A stretch of 32,000 nt of DNA from Candidatus Nanopusillus sp. GTDB taxonomy: Archaea; Nanobdellota; Nanobdellia; Nanobdellales; Nanobdellaceae. Made by a program: the position numbers and the translations under genes. Below are positions 7,596 to 16,694 of this stretch, in pieces (positions within the stretch are counted from its first letter, which is position 1; every line of letters starts with the position of its first letter). Under the pieces are notes generated by a model. It was not told where the DNA came from and made no database searches. It saw only the letters and a program-made list of their open reading frames with translations. The DNA is taken from assembly GCA_046536775.1 (NCBI GenBank), contig JAWDMD010000001.1, positions 1 to 32,000 of the forward strand. The letters run 5' to 3'.

Positions 7596-8489
7596 ATGCA
7601 TGAAATTATAGAAGAATTGAGTAAATTAATTAATAGTATTCCATATGGTAAAGTAACAACATTTAAGATATTATCAGAATGCTTGGGGGATAAATATTCA
7701 ATAAAATTTATTATAAATTATTATAAAAAATTAAATGGGCCTTGGTGGAGGGTTGTAAATTCTGATGGAATAATAAATAATAAAATACAGGAAGAATTAT
7801 TAAAAAAAGAAGGGATAGAAATTGTAAATAATAAAATAGTAAATTTAGAAAAATATTTATTTGATAATTTTAATGTAAAAGAAAAGATATTAAAAAAATA
7901 TAGAAAAATTCAGGAAGAATTAGCTAATAAGATTATTTTAGAAGACAATATAAATGATATAAACTTAGTTGGGGGTGTTGATTTAAGTTATAAAGATGAT
8001 ATTGGTTATATAGTATATGTAACATTAGATAAAAATTTAGAATTAATAAATAAGTATATATTTAAAGAAAAAATTGAATTTCCATATATACCGTCCTTTT
8101 TAGCTTTTAGAGAGGGAGAACCAATTATTAAAACATTTAATAAAATAAAGGAAAAAATAGATATATTATTCGTAAATGGACATGGAATTGCTCATCCATT
8201 TAAATTGGGTTTGGCATCATATGTTGGAATAAAATTAAACATACCTACAATTGGAATAACTAAAAAATTATTATCTGGAAATGTTATTGATAATAAGATT
8301 ATAATAAATAATGAAGTAAGAGGATATAAGATAGAAAAATTTGGAGAAATAATATATGCTTCACCAGGAAATTTAATATCATTAGAAAAAACAAAAGAAT
8401 TATCTGAAAAATATTGGATAAATGGAAAATATCCAGAACCAATAAGATTGGCAGATATGATTAGTAAAAAAATCAAATATATGGAATGA
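7596..8489 (+). CDS. nfi: Fusion protein: N-terminal alkyltransferase-like (MGMT DNA-binding fold, Cys replaced) domain plus C-terminal endonuclease V domain
   Basis: The N-terminus IPYGKVTTFKILSECLGD...GPWWRVVNSDG...ELLKKEGIEI matches the AGT/ATL C-domain pattern IP.G.v.tY..iA..lG...PCHRVv...G...LL..EG, with W in place of the acceptor Cys. The C-terminus VGGVDLSY, FLAFREGEP, FVNGHGIAHPFKLGLASYVG..IPTIGITKKLLSG and YPEPIRLAD aligns to E. coli Nfi [45 protein letters not shown] and LPEPTRWAD. Confidence 0.85.
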   Translation: MHEIIEELSKLINSIPYGKVTTFKILSECLGDKYSIKFIINYYKKLNGPWWRVVNSDGIINNKIQEELLKKEGIEIVNNKIVNLEKYLFDNFNVKEKILKKYRKIQEELANKIILEDNINDINLVGGVDLSYKDDIGYIVYVTLDKNLELINKYIFKEKIEFPYIPSFLAFREGEPIIKTFNKIKEKIDILFVNGHGIAHPFKLGLASYVGIKLNIPTIGITKKLLSGNVIDNKIIINNEVRGYKIEKFGEIIYASPGNLISLEKTKELSEKYWINGKYPEPIRLADMISKKIKYME

Positions 8490-8877
8490 CTTTTTTAATT
8501 ACTTCTCTAAATTTATCTACCTTATAATAAAGTGTAGGGATAATTATCGAATAGGAATATCCCGAAACTCCATATAATAAATGATCTACTATATAATTAT
8601 TATTTAATAATCCATATAATCCCAGTAAATATAAAAATATCCCTGTATTTATCAAATATGATCTATAAAGTTCTTCACCTGTTTCTGGAAATGAATATCT
8701 CAAAGATGATTTTATATATTTTCTCAAACTTTCTGGAGTATTTTTTTCAATAAACTTTGATAACTTTAATTTTTCACTTTCATCATCAAAAAATATATCT
8801 ATACCTTTCTCTCTTATTTTTTCTCTCTTTTCTGTTATTTTATATTTAAATTTATCTATAAGATTCAATAAGGTCAT
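8473..8877 (-). CDS. Hypothetical protein (charged N-terminal half, hydrophobic C-terminal half)
   Basis: 134 aa ORF. Its start overlaps the aIF5A stop (TAATG on the minus strand), which implies the same operon. I recognise no family. Confidence 0.45.
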   Translation of the reverse strand: MTLLNLIDKFKYKITEKREKIREKGIDIFFDDESEKLKLSKFIEKNTPESLRKYIKSSLRYSFPETGEELYRSYLINTGIFLYLLGLYGLLNNNYIVDHLLYGVSGYSYSIIIPTLYYKVDKFREVIKKVIPYI

Positions 8878-9278
8878 TATTCTCTAAACGCCTGTACAAT
8901 TATTCTCTCTCCAACATCCCAAACTAAGACTTTTTGTCCTTCCTGTACTTTACCTTTTAAATTTTCATCTAATACTTTTGCATCAAATGTCTCATATGTA
9001 TCTAAATCCATTATTGTATATTTATCATCTGATATTTTTGCAATAACCTGTCCCTTTATTTTATTTATAAGTGGAACTTCTATCGGATCCTGTGTTGGCT
9101 TTACTAATTCAGTAGTCTTTCCAGATACTATAGATCTTATTGAGATTCTAGCCTTTGCAGAACCATGCTTTCCTGTCTTTGCAGTTTCCATTTCTAATAC
9201 TTCCCATACTTCATTATTATACCATATATATGATCCTTTCTTTAAATCGATAACCTTCTTAACTTGTATCTCTGGCAT
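8877..9278 (-). CDS. eif5a: Translation initiation factor 5A (aIF5A)
   Basis: The hypusination loop is TAKTGKHGSAKARI. The 133-aa length and the N-terminal SH3-like plus C-terminal OB layout are typical of aIF5A. Confidence 0.9.
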   Translation of the reverse strand: MPEIQVKKVIDLKKGSYIWYNNEVWEVLEMETAKTGKHGSAKARISIRSIVSGKTTELVKPTQDPIEVPLINKIKGQVIAKISDDKYTIMDLDTYETFDAKVLDENLKGKVQEGQKVLVWDVGERIIVQAFRE

Positions 9279-9369
9279 AAAATTATTATTAATTTGAATT
9301 ACTTATATATATTACTATTGAATTTTTTATTTAAAAAGGCATAAATATAATACTAAATAAATTATAGTA

Positions 9370-10605
9370 ATGGTGGATTATGAAATCTTGGATAATGGAA
9401 TAAAATTATATAAAGTACCATTTAGAAATGAGAATATTGCAATAGGAATATTGGTAAATATTGGATCAATATTTGAAGATAAAGAATTTAGAGGAATTTC
9501 TCATTTACTGGAACATATGATGTTTCAATCTAATAAAAAATATAATAAAAATCAGATAAATCTGTTATTTGAAGAAAATGGATCAATCCATAATGCAATG
9601 ACTTATTATAATTATACTTTGTATTTTGCTGCAGTAATGAAGGAAGGATTTGAAAATATTGTAGATTTATTTTATTGGATGTTTGAGAATGATAAATATG
9701 ATAATAATGAATTTGAAAATGAGAAAAATGTTGTAAAAACAGAAATAATGATGAGGGAAGACGATCCAACAGTAAGTTTGGATGATAATTTATCAAAATC
9801 TGTTTATGGAGATTCTGATTATGGAGATCCTATTGGAGGTTATATTGAAACAATTAATAATATAACAAAAGATACATTAGAAGAATTTAAATACAAATAT
9901 TATTCTCCAAAGAATATTTCAATATTTTTAGGAGGAAATATAAATGATAAAGATGTTGAAATTGTTAGGAAATATTTTTCTAGGTTGGAAGGAAATAATA
10001 TAAAATTGAAAAACCCAAGCAAAGGAGAAGGAAAAGATATAATAATAAAAATGAAAAATATACAACAAATATATTATAGTATTAATATGAATAATGATAT
10101 TAAAAATATAATCTTAATTGATTCATTAACACAATTTTATAATTTAGGAACATCTTCAAAAATATTTGAGATATTTAGAAATAAATATGGTATAGGTTAC
10201 TCTCCTTCACTTCATTTATCAAATTTCTATGATGATGAGATTATATATTCATTAATAATACCAGGATTCCAAATTGATAAAGAAAAAATAATGGATGGAG
10301 CGATTGAAGAATTTTTAGATAATTTAAAAAATATAGACGATAAATATAGAAAAGCAAGATCAAATATATATAAATTTAATTATAATCTTAGAAAAGAAAA
10401 TATATTAAAAAGGATAGAAACAGATCCATATTTGATAAAAATATTAAATATGGATTACGATCAATATTCCAATAAGGTATACAATTTATTATCAACTATG
10501 GATACAGATTTTATTGAAGAAAATGAGAGATACATATATGATTTATTTGAAAAGGGTAAAAAGGTTATAATTTATCCTGAAGACTATGATAAAAGAAATA
10601 CTTAA
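9370..10605 (+). CDS. M16-family (pitrilysin/insulinase-like) zinc peptidase
   Basis: The inverted zinc motif HxxEH appears in GISHLLEHMMFQSNKKY, with the downstream Glu region NVVKTEIMMRED. The 411-aa size fits single-chain M16B-type proteins. Confidence 0.8.
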   Translation: MVDYEILDNGIKLYKVPFRNENIAIGILVNIGSIFEDKEFRGISHLLEHMMFQSNKKYNKNQINLLFEENGSIHNAMTYYNYTLYFAAVMKEGFENIVDLFYWMFENDKYDNNEFENEKNVVKTEIMMREDDPTVSLDDNLSKSVYGDSDYGDPIGGYIETINNITKDTLEEFKYKYYSPKNISIFLGGNINDKDVEIVRKYFSRLEGNNIKLKNPSKGEGKDIIIKMKNIQQIYYSINMNNDIKNIILIDSLTQFYNLGTSSKIFEIFRNKYGIGYSPSLHLSNFYDDEIIYSLIIPGFQIDKEKIMDGAIEEFLDNLKNIDDKYRKARSNIYKFNYNLRKENILKRIETDPYLIKILNMDYDQYSNKVYNLLSTMDTDFIEENERYIYDLFEKGKKVIIYPEDYDKRNT

Positions 10606-11230
10606 GGGAATTGAAGAGACATTAAGAGAAAATAATATAAATGAAAAACTTGCATCCCCGCATATTTGGGAAAAGTATAAAGATCCATTTAAAGTATTAA
10701 TAACAATATTATTATCTATAAGAGTAAGAGAAGAAAAAACATTGGAGGTTTCTGAAAGATTATTTAATAAATATAATAAACTTGAAGATATTAGAAACTC
10801 ATCTTTAGAAGAGATAAAGGATACAATAAAAGATATTGGATTATATAATAATAAAGCAAAATGGATTAAAGAAATTGCTGAAAAATGGGATTATAATAAA
10901 TATTGTGATGAAGAATATATCAGATCTTTACCTGGAATTGGAAGAAAAATTGCAAATGTATATTTAATAATTGTATGTAATAAAAATTATATTGCAGTAG
11001 ATACTCATGTTCATAGAATATCAAATAGAATTGGGATTGTAAAAACAAAAAATCCTGAAGAAACTGAAATGGAATTATATAAAATTATACCTGAAGAATA
11101 TTATAATAGGATTAATTTTTTATTTGTTTTATTTGGAAGAAATATATGCAAACCAATTAATCCAAAATGTAATATATGTAAAATAAATAAATATTGTAAA
11201 TATTATAAATCTTTATTTAAATCTAGATAA
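10586..11230 (+). CDS. nth: Endonuclease III (HhH-GPD DNA glycosylase/AP lyase with a 4Fe-4S cluster)
   Basis: LPGIGRKIANVYL..AVDTHVHRISNRIG contains the catalytic Lys and Asp positions. The C-terminal cluster CKPINPKCNICKINKYC has the form C-x6-C-x2-C-x5-C. Confidence 0.9.
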   Translation: MIKEILKGIEETLRENNINEKLASPHIWEKYKDPFKVLITILLSIRVREEKTLEVSERLFNKYNKLEDIRNSSLEEIKDTIKDIGLYNNKAKWIKEIAEKWDYNKYCDEEYIRSLPGIGRKIANVYLIIVCNKNYIAVDTHVHRISNRIGIVKTKNPEETEMELYKIIPEEYYNRINFLFVLFGRNICKPINPKCNICKINKYCKYYKSLFKSR

Positions 11231-11877
11231 TTCAAGCATTAATCCTTCTATTAATTGTAATCTACTCAAAGTTCTAATCCATACAGCACCAGGTCCTTCT
11301 AAATGCGCAAAGAATAATCCTTCACCACCTAGAAACATTGATTTAATCCCTCCTACTCTTTTAAACGATATATTAGTACCAGCAGTATAAGCTAAAACAT
11401 GACCTGCTTCTACATCTATAGATTGTCCTGCATTTAAATTTAATTGTAAAATATCTCCAGGAGCATGTAAAAATAATTTACCAATTTCTGAAAATTTTGC
11501 CATTAATAGTCCCTCTCCTGCAAGTATTCCAAATCCCAATCTTGTTAGAGTTGCATTATATTTTACACTAGATTCTGCAGCTAAAAATCCTCTATATTCA
11601 ACAAATATTTCAAAATTATTTAAATTTATTTCAACAACCTTGCCAGGTACATATCCAGTTAAATCTATCATTCCAGGGCCTGTTAATTTCAAAACAAAGA
11701 AAGAAGAACAGTAAGCATTCTACCAATACCAGAAAATATTCCTCCTTGAACAACTGCATTTACATTTACTGTAGAAGATTTCCATATTAAATGTCCTGGA
11801 TTAACATATACAGATTCTCCTGGATTTAGATTAATTATAATATGTTGTATACTATTGCCTTCAATTCTATATTCCAT
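11213..11877 (-). pseudogene. AIM24/DUF124 (TIGR00266-like) family protein, split by a 1-nt frame change into 62-aa and 159-aa ORFs
   Basis: Track ORFs 11689-11877 (MEYRIEGNSIQHIIINLNPGESVYVNPGHLIW...GIGRMLTVLLSLF*) and 11213-11692 (..KLTGPGMIDLTGYVPGKVVEINL...GEGLFFAHLEGPGAVWI) together total 221 aa, a normal family length. The second frame is open back to 11719 and reads NAYCSSFFVLKLTGPG, so the family-like continuation ..GRML..SSFFVLKLTGPG.. needs a frame change somewhere in 11691-11719. Confidence 0.6.
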
Positions 11878-11916
11878 TAATTTAAAAAACGCATTATAAT
11901 TTATAAATATTAAAAA

Positions 11917-12528
11917 CTATTTTGGAGGGACAGATTTTCTTAATAATTCTACATGTTCATCTGTAAGTTTTTCTTCTGCATATTTTTCTAATTTTATTCC
12001 ATTATCTATCTTTACTTTATGAAATAAGAATAATTTGTTTTGTAAATCTACTGTAAATGTTCTTATTTCCTTTAAAGATTTTAGATATTCTCTTATTTCA
12101 TCATTCAATATTTCTGATAATTGTTTTGTTGCAATCCAGATTCTTACATGAATTAGCAATGAATTTTTATATCCAGCATTTTTTAGTGCTAATATTGTTT
12201 TCTTTGTTATTTCAGATACATAAGATATTTTTTGTTCACCACCATATGCAATAAATAAAGCATCAAAATTATTTTTTACAATATCATTTGCAATATCATT
12301 CAACTTATTTTCATCATATGAATATATTTTTGCTATTTTATCTCTATATCCTTGTTTTAATATTAGGGAAGATACCAAAGAAGATGATAAAGAAGAACAT
12401 ATTCTATCTGGATATGTTATTATTCCTATATTTTTATATCCATCAAATATCCTCTTTGCTACAATATATCCTGTTAACCCTCTTAGGTATATTTCTTCTT
12501 CTAGAGAAGCTAAACTCATTGACTCCAT
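11917..12528 (-). CDS. Hypothetical protein
   Basis: 203-aa ORF with ordinary composition for this genome. I recognise no family or motif. Confidence 0.45.
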   Translation of the reverse strand: MESMSLASLEEEIYLRGLTGYIVAKRIFDGYKNIGIITYPDRICSSLSSSLVSSLILKQGYRDKIAKIYSYDENKLNDIANDIVKNNFDALFIAYGGEQKISYVSEITKKTILALKNAGYKNSLLIHVRIWIATKQLSEILNDEIREYLKSLKEIRTFTVDLQNKLFLFHKVKIDNGIKLEKYAEEKLTDEHVELLRKSVPPK

Positions 12529-12594
12529 AAAATATTATAACAAATTTATATTTAAAAATATAGAATAAAGAAAAATAAAACTATTACAAAGCCT

Positions 12595-12837
12595 TTACAT
12601 CTTCTTGAATATTTGTTTTGTTGCTAATTGTATATCTTCTCTCTTTACAGTTGTTCTCTTTCCGTGATTTGCCAATGAAACTGCTTCTTTTGCAACTTCT
12701 AATGCTATATCTTCTAATTCTTGTTTTAGGTATCTAATTGCTTTATCTGATACTCTTGTTACTCCTGCCTGTTCACCCTTTTGCTTTAAGATCCTTTCAA
12801 CTACAGCCATTGGAACTCCTCTCTCTCCTCTTGCCAT
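12595..12837 (-). CDS. Archaeal histone (histone-fold protein)
   Basis: MARGERGVPMAVVERILKQKGEQAGVTRVSDKAIRYLKQELEDIALEVAKEAVSLANHGKRTTVKREDIQLATKQ fits the archaeal histone fold (..P.a.V.Ri.k..ga.RvS..A...l...le.....ia..A...A.HagRKTvk.eDi.lA). I chose the ATG at 12835-12837. The box aaatttataa (revcomp of 12861-12870) lies about 28 nt upstream. Confidence 0.85.
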   Translation of the reverse strand: MARGERGVPMAVVERILKQKGEQAGVTRVSDKAIRYLKQELEDIALEVAKEAVSLANHGKRTTVKREDIQLATKQIFKKM

Positions 12838-13033
12838 AAAATATATATTATCGAATTTCCTTATAAATTTTTCATATTTTGACTGATAAAAACGAGATCT
12901 TATCATAAAAATACTTTGAGATTTTAATCACACACATTTTTATTTTACAATATTACGTATCCCATAGGTATATATCAAAAAGATGCCTTTTACCCAACAA
13001 ATTTAAAATTGGGGCAAATATTTAAAAAATAGA

Positions 13034-13789
13034 TTATTCTCTTGGAGCTAATACAAATCCGAATTTAAATTTATCAGTTGACTTATAATCAATCCATATT
13101 GGTTTTCCAGAATCTAATTTTAATGTTAATGTATCAGATATCGTCGCTACTTTAGATAATTTATATAAATAATCTATGGAGTATCTTGACATTGCTTTTG
13201 ATGGAACTTCCATAGATAATACACTTTCATCTTGTGGAGTTAGATCAATTCTCATATCTTTTAATTCACCTTCAGCAATAAATGATACCTTTGGACCTTC
13301 TGGATCTGCAACAATTTTTATTTCATCTGCAATTACTTTTGCAGATTCTATTATATCATAGAATGCTTTCGAATCCATCTCAACTTTTACAGATAATTCT
13401 GGTAATTCTGATTTTGATAAATCCATAAATGATCCTTCAGATTCTATTAATGGTAATGTAAATACTTTTTTAGCTTTTCCATATACAGTTAATACAAATT
13501 TATTTTTTTCTCTATCTATTTCCCATGACATTTGATTTTTTAAGGCTACTCTTGTCATTATTTTCTTTAAATCTTCTAAATTTATTGTAAATTTTTCTTC
13601 ATTCTGTACATCATATTCTGTGAACATGTTTGGATATATATCTAATAATATTACTGCAACATTTGCTGGATCTAATGATGATAAAAATATGCCATCTTTG
13701 TTTGCTTTAAATGTTCCTTCCGATAAAAAACTTACTATTGTAGGTAATATATTTTTAATCTCTTTAGCTTGTGGAAAGGTTACCTTCAT
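13034..13789 (-). CDS. pcn: DNA polymerase sliding clamp (PCNA)
   Basis: 251 aa. The length and two-domain pattern fit PCNA (..FKANKDGIFLSSLDPANVAVILLDI.. / ..KVEMDSKAFYDIIESAKVIADEIKIVADPEG.. / ..SRYSIDYLYKLSKV..LKLDSGKPIWIDY). Confidence 0.88.
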   Translation of the reverse strand: MKVTFPQAKEIKNILPTIVSFLSEGTFKANKDGIFLSSLDPANVAVILLDIYPNMFTEYDVQNEEKFTINLEDLKKIMTRVALKNQMSWEIDREKNKFVLTVYGKAKKVFTLPLIESEGSFMDLSKSELPELSVKVEMDSKAFYDIIESAKVIADEIKIVADPEGPKVSFIAEGELKDMRIDLTPQDESVLSMEVPSKAMSRYSIDYLYKLSKVATISDTLTLKLDSGKPIWIDYKSTDKFKFGFVLAPRE

Positions 13790-13837
13790 TCATTATAATT
13801 TCAAAAAAATTTTAAATATATATATATAGAGTATATC

Positions 13838-14050
13838 CTAATAAGCCTTACCTTGAGTATATCCAAATATAAATCCTATAAGAAAAATTATGCCCACCTG
13901 AATATAGTAATGTTGGAATAGAGTTATAAAATCGCTAAAACCTCCAGTAAAATTATGATACTCAAAATATGAATATCCAACCAATAATATTACTCCAACT
14001 ATCAATGCAATCATAAATGCTGAACCATGTGTCATATTTTGACCTTTCAT
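13838..14050 (-). CDS. Small membrane protein, hypothetical
   Basis: 70 aa with two hydrophobic helices (AFMIALIVGVILLVGY and VGIIFLIGFIFGY). I recognise no family. Confidence 0.4.
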   Translation of the reverse strand: MKGQNMTHGSAFMIALIVGVILLVGYSYFEYHNFTGGFSDFITLFQHYYIQVGIIFLIGFIFGYTQGKAY

Positions 14051-14054
14051 AAAA

Positions 14055-16655
14055 TCAATTAGATTTTTTAGTATTTAAAAATATTCTATATATAAATCTT
14101 CCAGAATATTTATCTAAATATTCGTTATAATTACCGCATTTGGGAGAATATACACATCTAGGGCATCCATCGAGACATTTACATTTATTTAAAGATATTA
14201 TAGATTTTTTAATTAATTTTTCTATATTACTATACAATATTTCTGCCAAACCAACACCAGATTCATATCCTTCATATATAAATATTGTTGGTTTATTTGT
14301 TTGTGGATGAATTGGATAAGAATACCCACCAAGTTCTTGTGAATCTACAAATGTTACAACTGGAGATATTTTTATTATATTATGTTCTATTGCATGTAAT
14401 CCCGATCTAAACGAAGCTTCATAATCAACAATTTTCTTAACTAAAAACATTAATATATTATCTTTTATTCCATAATTTCTTTCTAAAAATTCCCCAATTA
14501 TTTCTTTTATTTTTTTACTTGCCAATCCTCTATATTTTTCATAAAAGAAATCTTTACTTATAGTAGAAGAAAAGTTCAATATTTCATCAACATTTATATT
14601 ATATTTTTTCTTTTCAATATATTTTTTTAGCTTATCTAAAAAGAAATTATAATAAATACTTTCCAATTCTCTTTGGTATCTTTCAGGTATTATGATCCAT
14701 ATTGCCTTTGTATTAAATTCATAATTTATACTTTTTTCATAATAATTTATATTTTGCGTATAATTTTCTCCCATTTTATATTTTTCAATATACCCTATAA
14801 ACTCCTTTTTTACTTTTATTTCTCCCAAATATATTTCCCAATCCTTTATTACTCTTTTATCTATTATATTAATTATTTTTACATCTTCATAATATATTGG
14901 ACTTGTCTCTATATTTGAAAATTCTGGCCTGAAGAATACAAATGTAACATTATCTATGTTATAATAATTTGTTATTCTAATTGATTTTCCTGAAGAATAG
15001 TATACCATTCCAGGTAATAAATAATCATAAAATGCATGTTCATCCATTTCTTCTAGAATTTTTCCTTTACCCTTTAGCATATTTATTATCCTTATTAGTC
15101 CTTCCCTTTTCTTTATTCTTTTTACTATTTCTTCTTCTTCCTTTGTTAGATCTACAATATAATATACTTTATCTGAAATATTCCTTAATCCAGAATATAT
15201 TACTTGTGTATTTAATTTATAATATTCTTTTCCAAATAACGGATCCTTTATTTTTAATATAATATTTTCTTTTTCCAATTCTTCCAAATATCTTTTCTCT
15301 AAATCATTTAACATACTTTTATCGATTCTTCCAAATTCATTTATTAAATATTTTAAATGCCTTTTAACAACTCTTTCATTATCCAAATTTAAAGGAATAT
15401 TATCTAGCTTATTCTTTTCAATCCTATCTAAAAATTCATTTATATTTGTTGAATAATAAAAATCTAGTGCATCTTTTTTAAATATCATTAAATCTATTGA
15501 ATCAGAAATTCTTCCAGATCTTCCAAATCTTTGGATTATTGAAGAAATTCCATCTCTAGGTACTCCATAATTTACCACAGATCTTATTTCACCAATATCT
15601 ATTCCAAGCTCCAATGCAGATGTAGTTAATAATATCAAATATTCTCCTGATTTAAATTTTTGCTCAATTTCTTTTCTTTTTTCTCTTAAATAACTTGCCT
15701 TATATGTATAAATCTTATTATATTTATCTAAGTCTTGAGATTCTAACTTTAATAATTCAACACCTTTCTTTGATTCAATAAATATTAAAGACTTTATATT
15801 ATTTTCCAATAAAATTCTTATTGACCTTTTTAATAATAATCTTGAACTTGAATTTTTTGGGTCCAAACAAATTATATATTTTTTATATTTATTACTATAA
15901 TCTTTATCTATTAATTCAAAATCCTGATCAAACATGTTTTTTGCAAACTCTATAGGATTTCTTAATGTTGCAGATAATGTTAGTATTTTGAAATTATTAT
16001 TTTTATAGAAATATTTTAATAATCTGATTAACCTTCTAAATGTATATGCAGCATTTGTTCCAAATACCCCTCTATATGAATGTAATTCATCTACAACAAT
16101 TAAATCTAAATTCCTAAAGAAATAAAACAATTTATCTTGATTTTTTAATATATATAAATGTAAATTATCAATTGTAGTTAATATTAGGTTTGGTCTTTCT
16201 CTTATTATTTTTTCCTTTTCATTATATGTTAGATCTCCTAAAATAAATTTCATCTTAATATTTAATTTTTTATTTGTATAATTTTCAAAATCTTTCATTA
16301 ATTCTTCAAATTTTTCATATTGATCATACAATAATGCTCTTAATGGATAAATTAATAAAAATGTTTTATTCGGATATTTTAATATATTATCAATAATATA
16401 TAATCTAAATATATGAGATTTTCCTGAAGCTGTTGGTGTTGTTACAATTAGGTTTTTATTTTTATATAATAAATTTAATGCTTCAACCTGATGTTTATAT
16501 AATCTAAAGTTTCTAGAATTTAAATATTCATTTAATTCTTTATTATGAAATTCAAAATTATCAAATTCAGCATTTTTATTATTAATTAATTTAATTCCAA
16601 CTACAGAATCTTTAAACTCTTTTTCAAAAACATTTTTTAGATCGTCAATATTCAT
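14055..16655 (-). CDS. DEAD/DEAH-box superfamily 2 helicase with C-terminal DUF1998 (MrfA/YprA-like Zn-binding) domain
   Basis: Motif I is TTPTASGKSHIF and motif II is VVDELHSY. Motif VI reads RFGRSGR. The C-terminal cluster CKCLDGCPRCVYSPKCGNYNEYLDK matches the DUF1998 pattern C..GC..C...p.C...N..LdK. Confidence 0.85.
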   Translation of the reverse strand: MNIDDLKNVFEKEFKDSVVGIKLINNKNAEFDNFEFHNKELNEYLNSRNFRLYKHQVEALNLLYKNKNLIVTTPTASGKSHIFRLYIIDNILKYPNKTFLLIYPLRALLYDQYEKFEELMKDFENYTNKKLNIKMKFILGDLTYNEKEKIIRERPNLILTTIDNLHLYILKNQDKLFYFFRNLDLIVVDELHSYRGVFGTNAAYTFRRLIRLLKYFYKNNNFKILTLSATLRNPIEFAKNMFDQDFELIDKDYSNKYKKYIICLDPKNSSSRLLLKRSIRILLENNIKSLIFIESKKGVELLKLESQDLDKYNKIYTYKASYLREKRKEIEQKFKSGEYLILLTTSALELGIDIGEIRSVVNYGVPRDGISSIIQRFGRSGRISDSIDLMIFKKDALDFYYSTNINEFLDRIEKNKLDNIPLNLDNERVVKRHLKYLINEFGRIDKSMLNDLEKRYLEELEKENIILKIKDPLFGKEYYKLNTQVIYSGLRNISDKVYYIVDLTKEEEEIVKRIKKREGLIRIINMLKGKGKILEEMDEHAFYDYLLPGMVYYSSGKSIRITNYYNIDNVTFVFFRPEFSNIETSPIYYEDVKIINIIDKRVIKDWEIYLGEIKVKKEFIGYIEKYKMGENYTQNINYYEKSINYEFNTKAIWIIIPERYQRELESIYYNFFLDKLKKYIEKKKYNINVDEILNFSSTISKDFFYEKYRGLASKKIKEIIGEFLERNYGIKDNILMFLVKKIVDYEASFRSGLHAIEHNIIKISPVVTFVDSQELGGYSYPIHPQTNKPTIFIYEGYESGVGLAEILYSNIEKLIKKSIISLNKCKCLDGCPRCVYSPKCGNYNEYLDKYSGRFIYRIFLNTKKSN

Positions 16656-16694
16656 ATTTGATATATAAGATTAAATATTTTTATATTAGATATA
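16656..16694. promoter_or_regulatory. 39-nt divergent intergenic region that must hold both core promoters (helicase and ligase)
   Basis: atttgatatataagattaaatatttttatattagatata. The box atatataag (16661-16669) lies about 26-30 nt from the ligase ATG (16695). The box tttttatatt (16677-16686) lies about 25-30 nt from the helicase ATG (16655, minus). The two TATA candidates are therefore interleaved. Confidence 0.3.

Noticed and set aside
12838-12906. The 23-codon N-terminal extension of the histone ORF (MIRSRFYQSKYEKFIRKFDNIYF).
   Set aside because: Archaeal histones are about 65-80 aa. The internal ATG at 12837 gives an 80-aa histone, and a TATA-like box sits about 28 nt upstream inside the supposed extension.
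12976-13014. A hairpin (cccaa..ttggg) followed on the minus strand by a T-run lies downstream of PCNA. It could be a terminator or a small RNA.
   Set aside because: The stem is only 5 bp with an 11-nt loop. Oligo-T runs are ubiquitous here, so the evidence is too weak to annotate.
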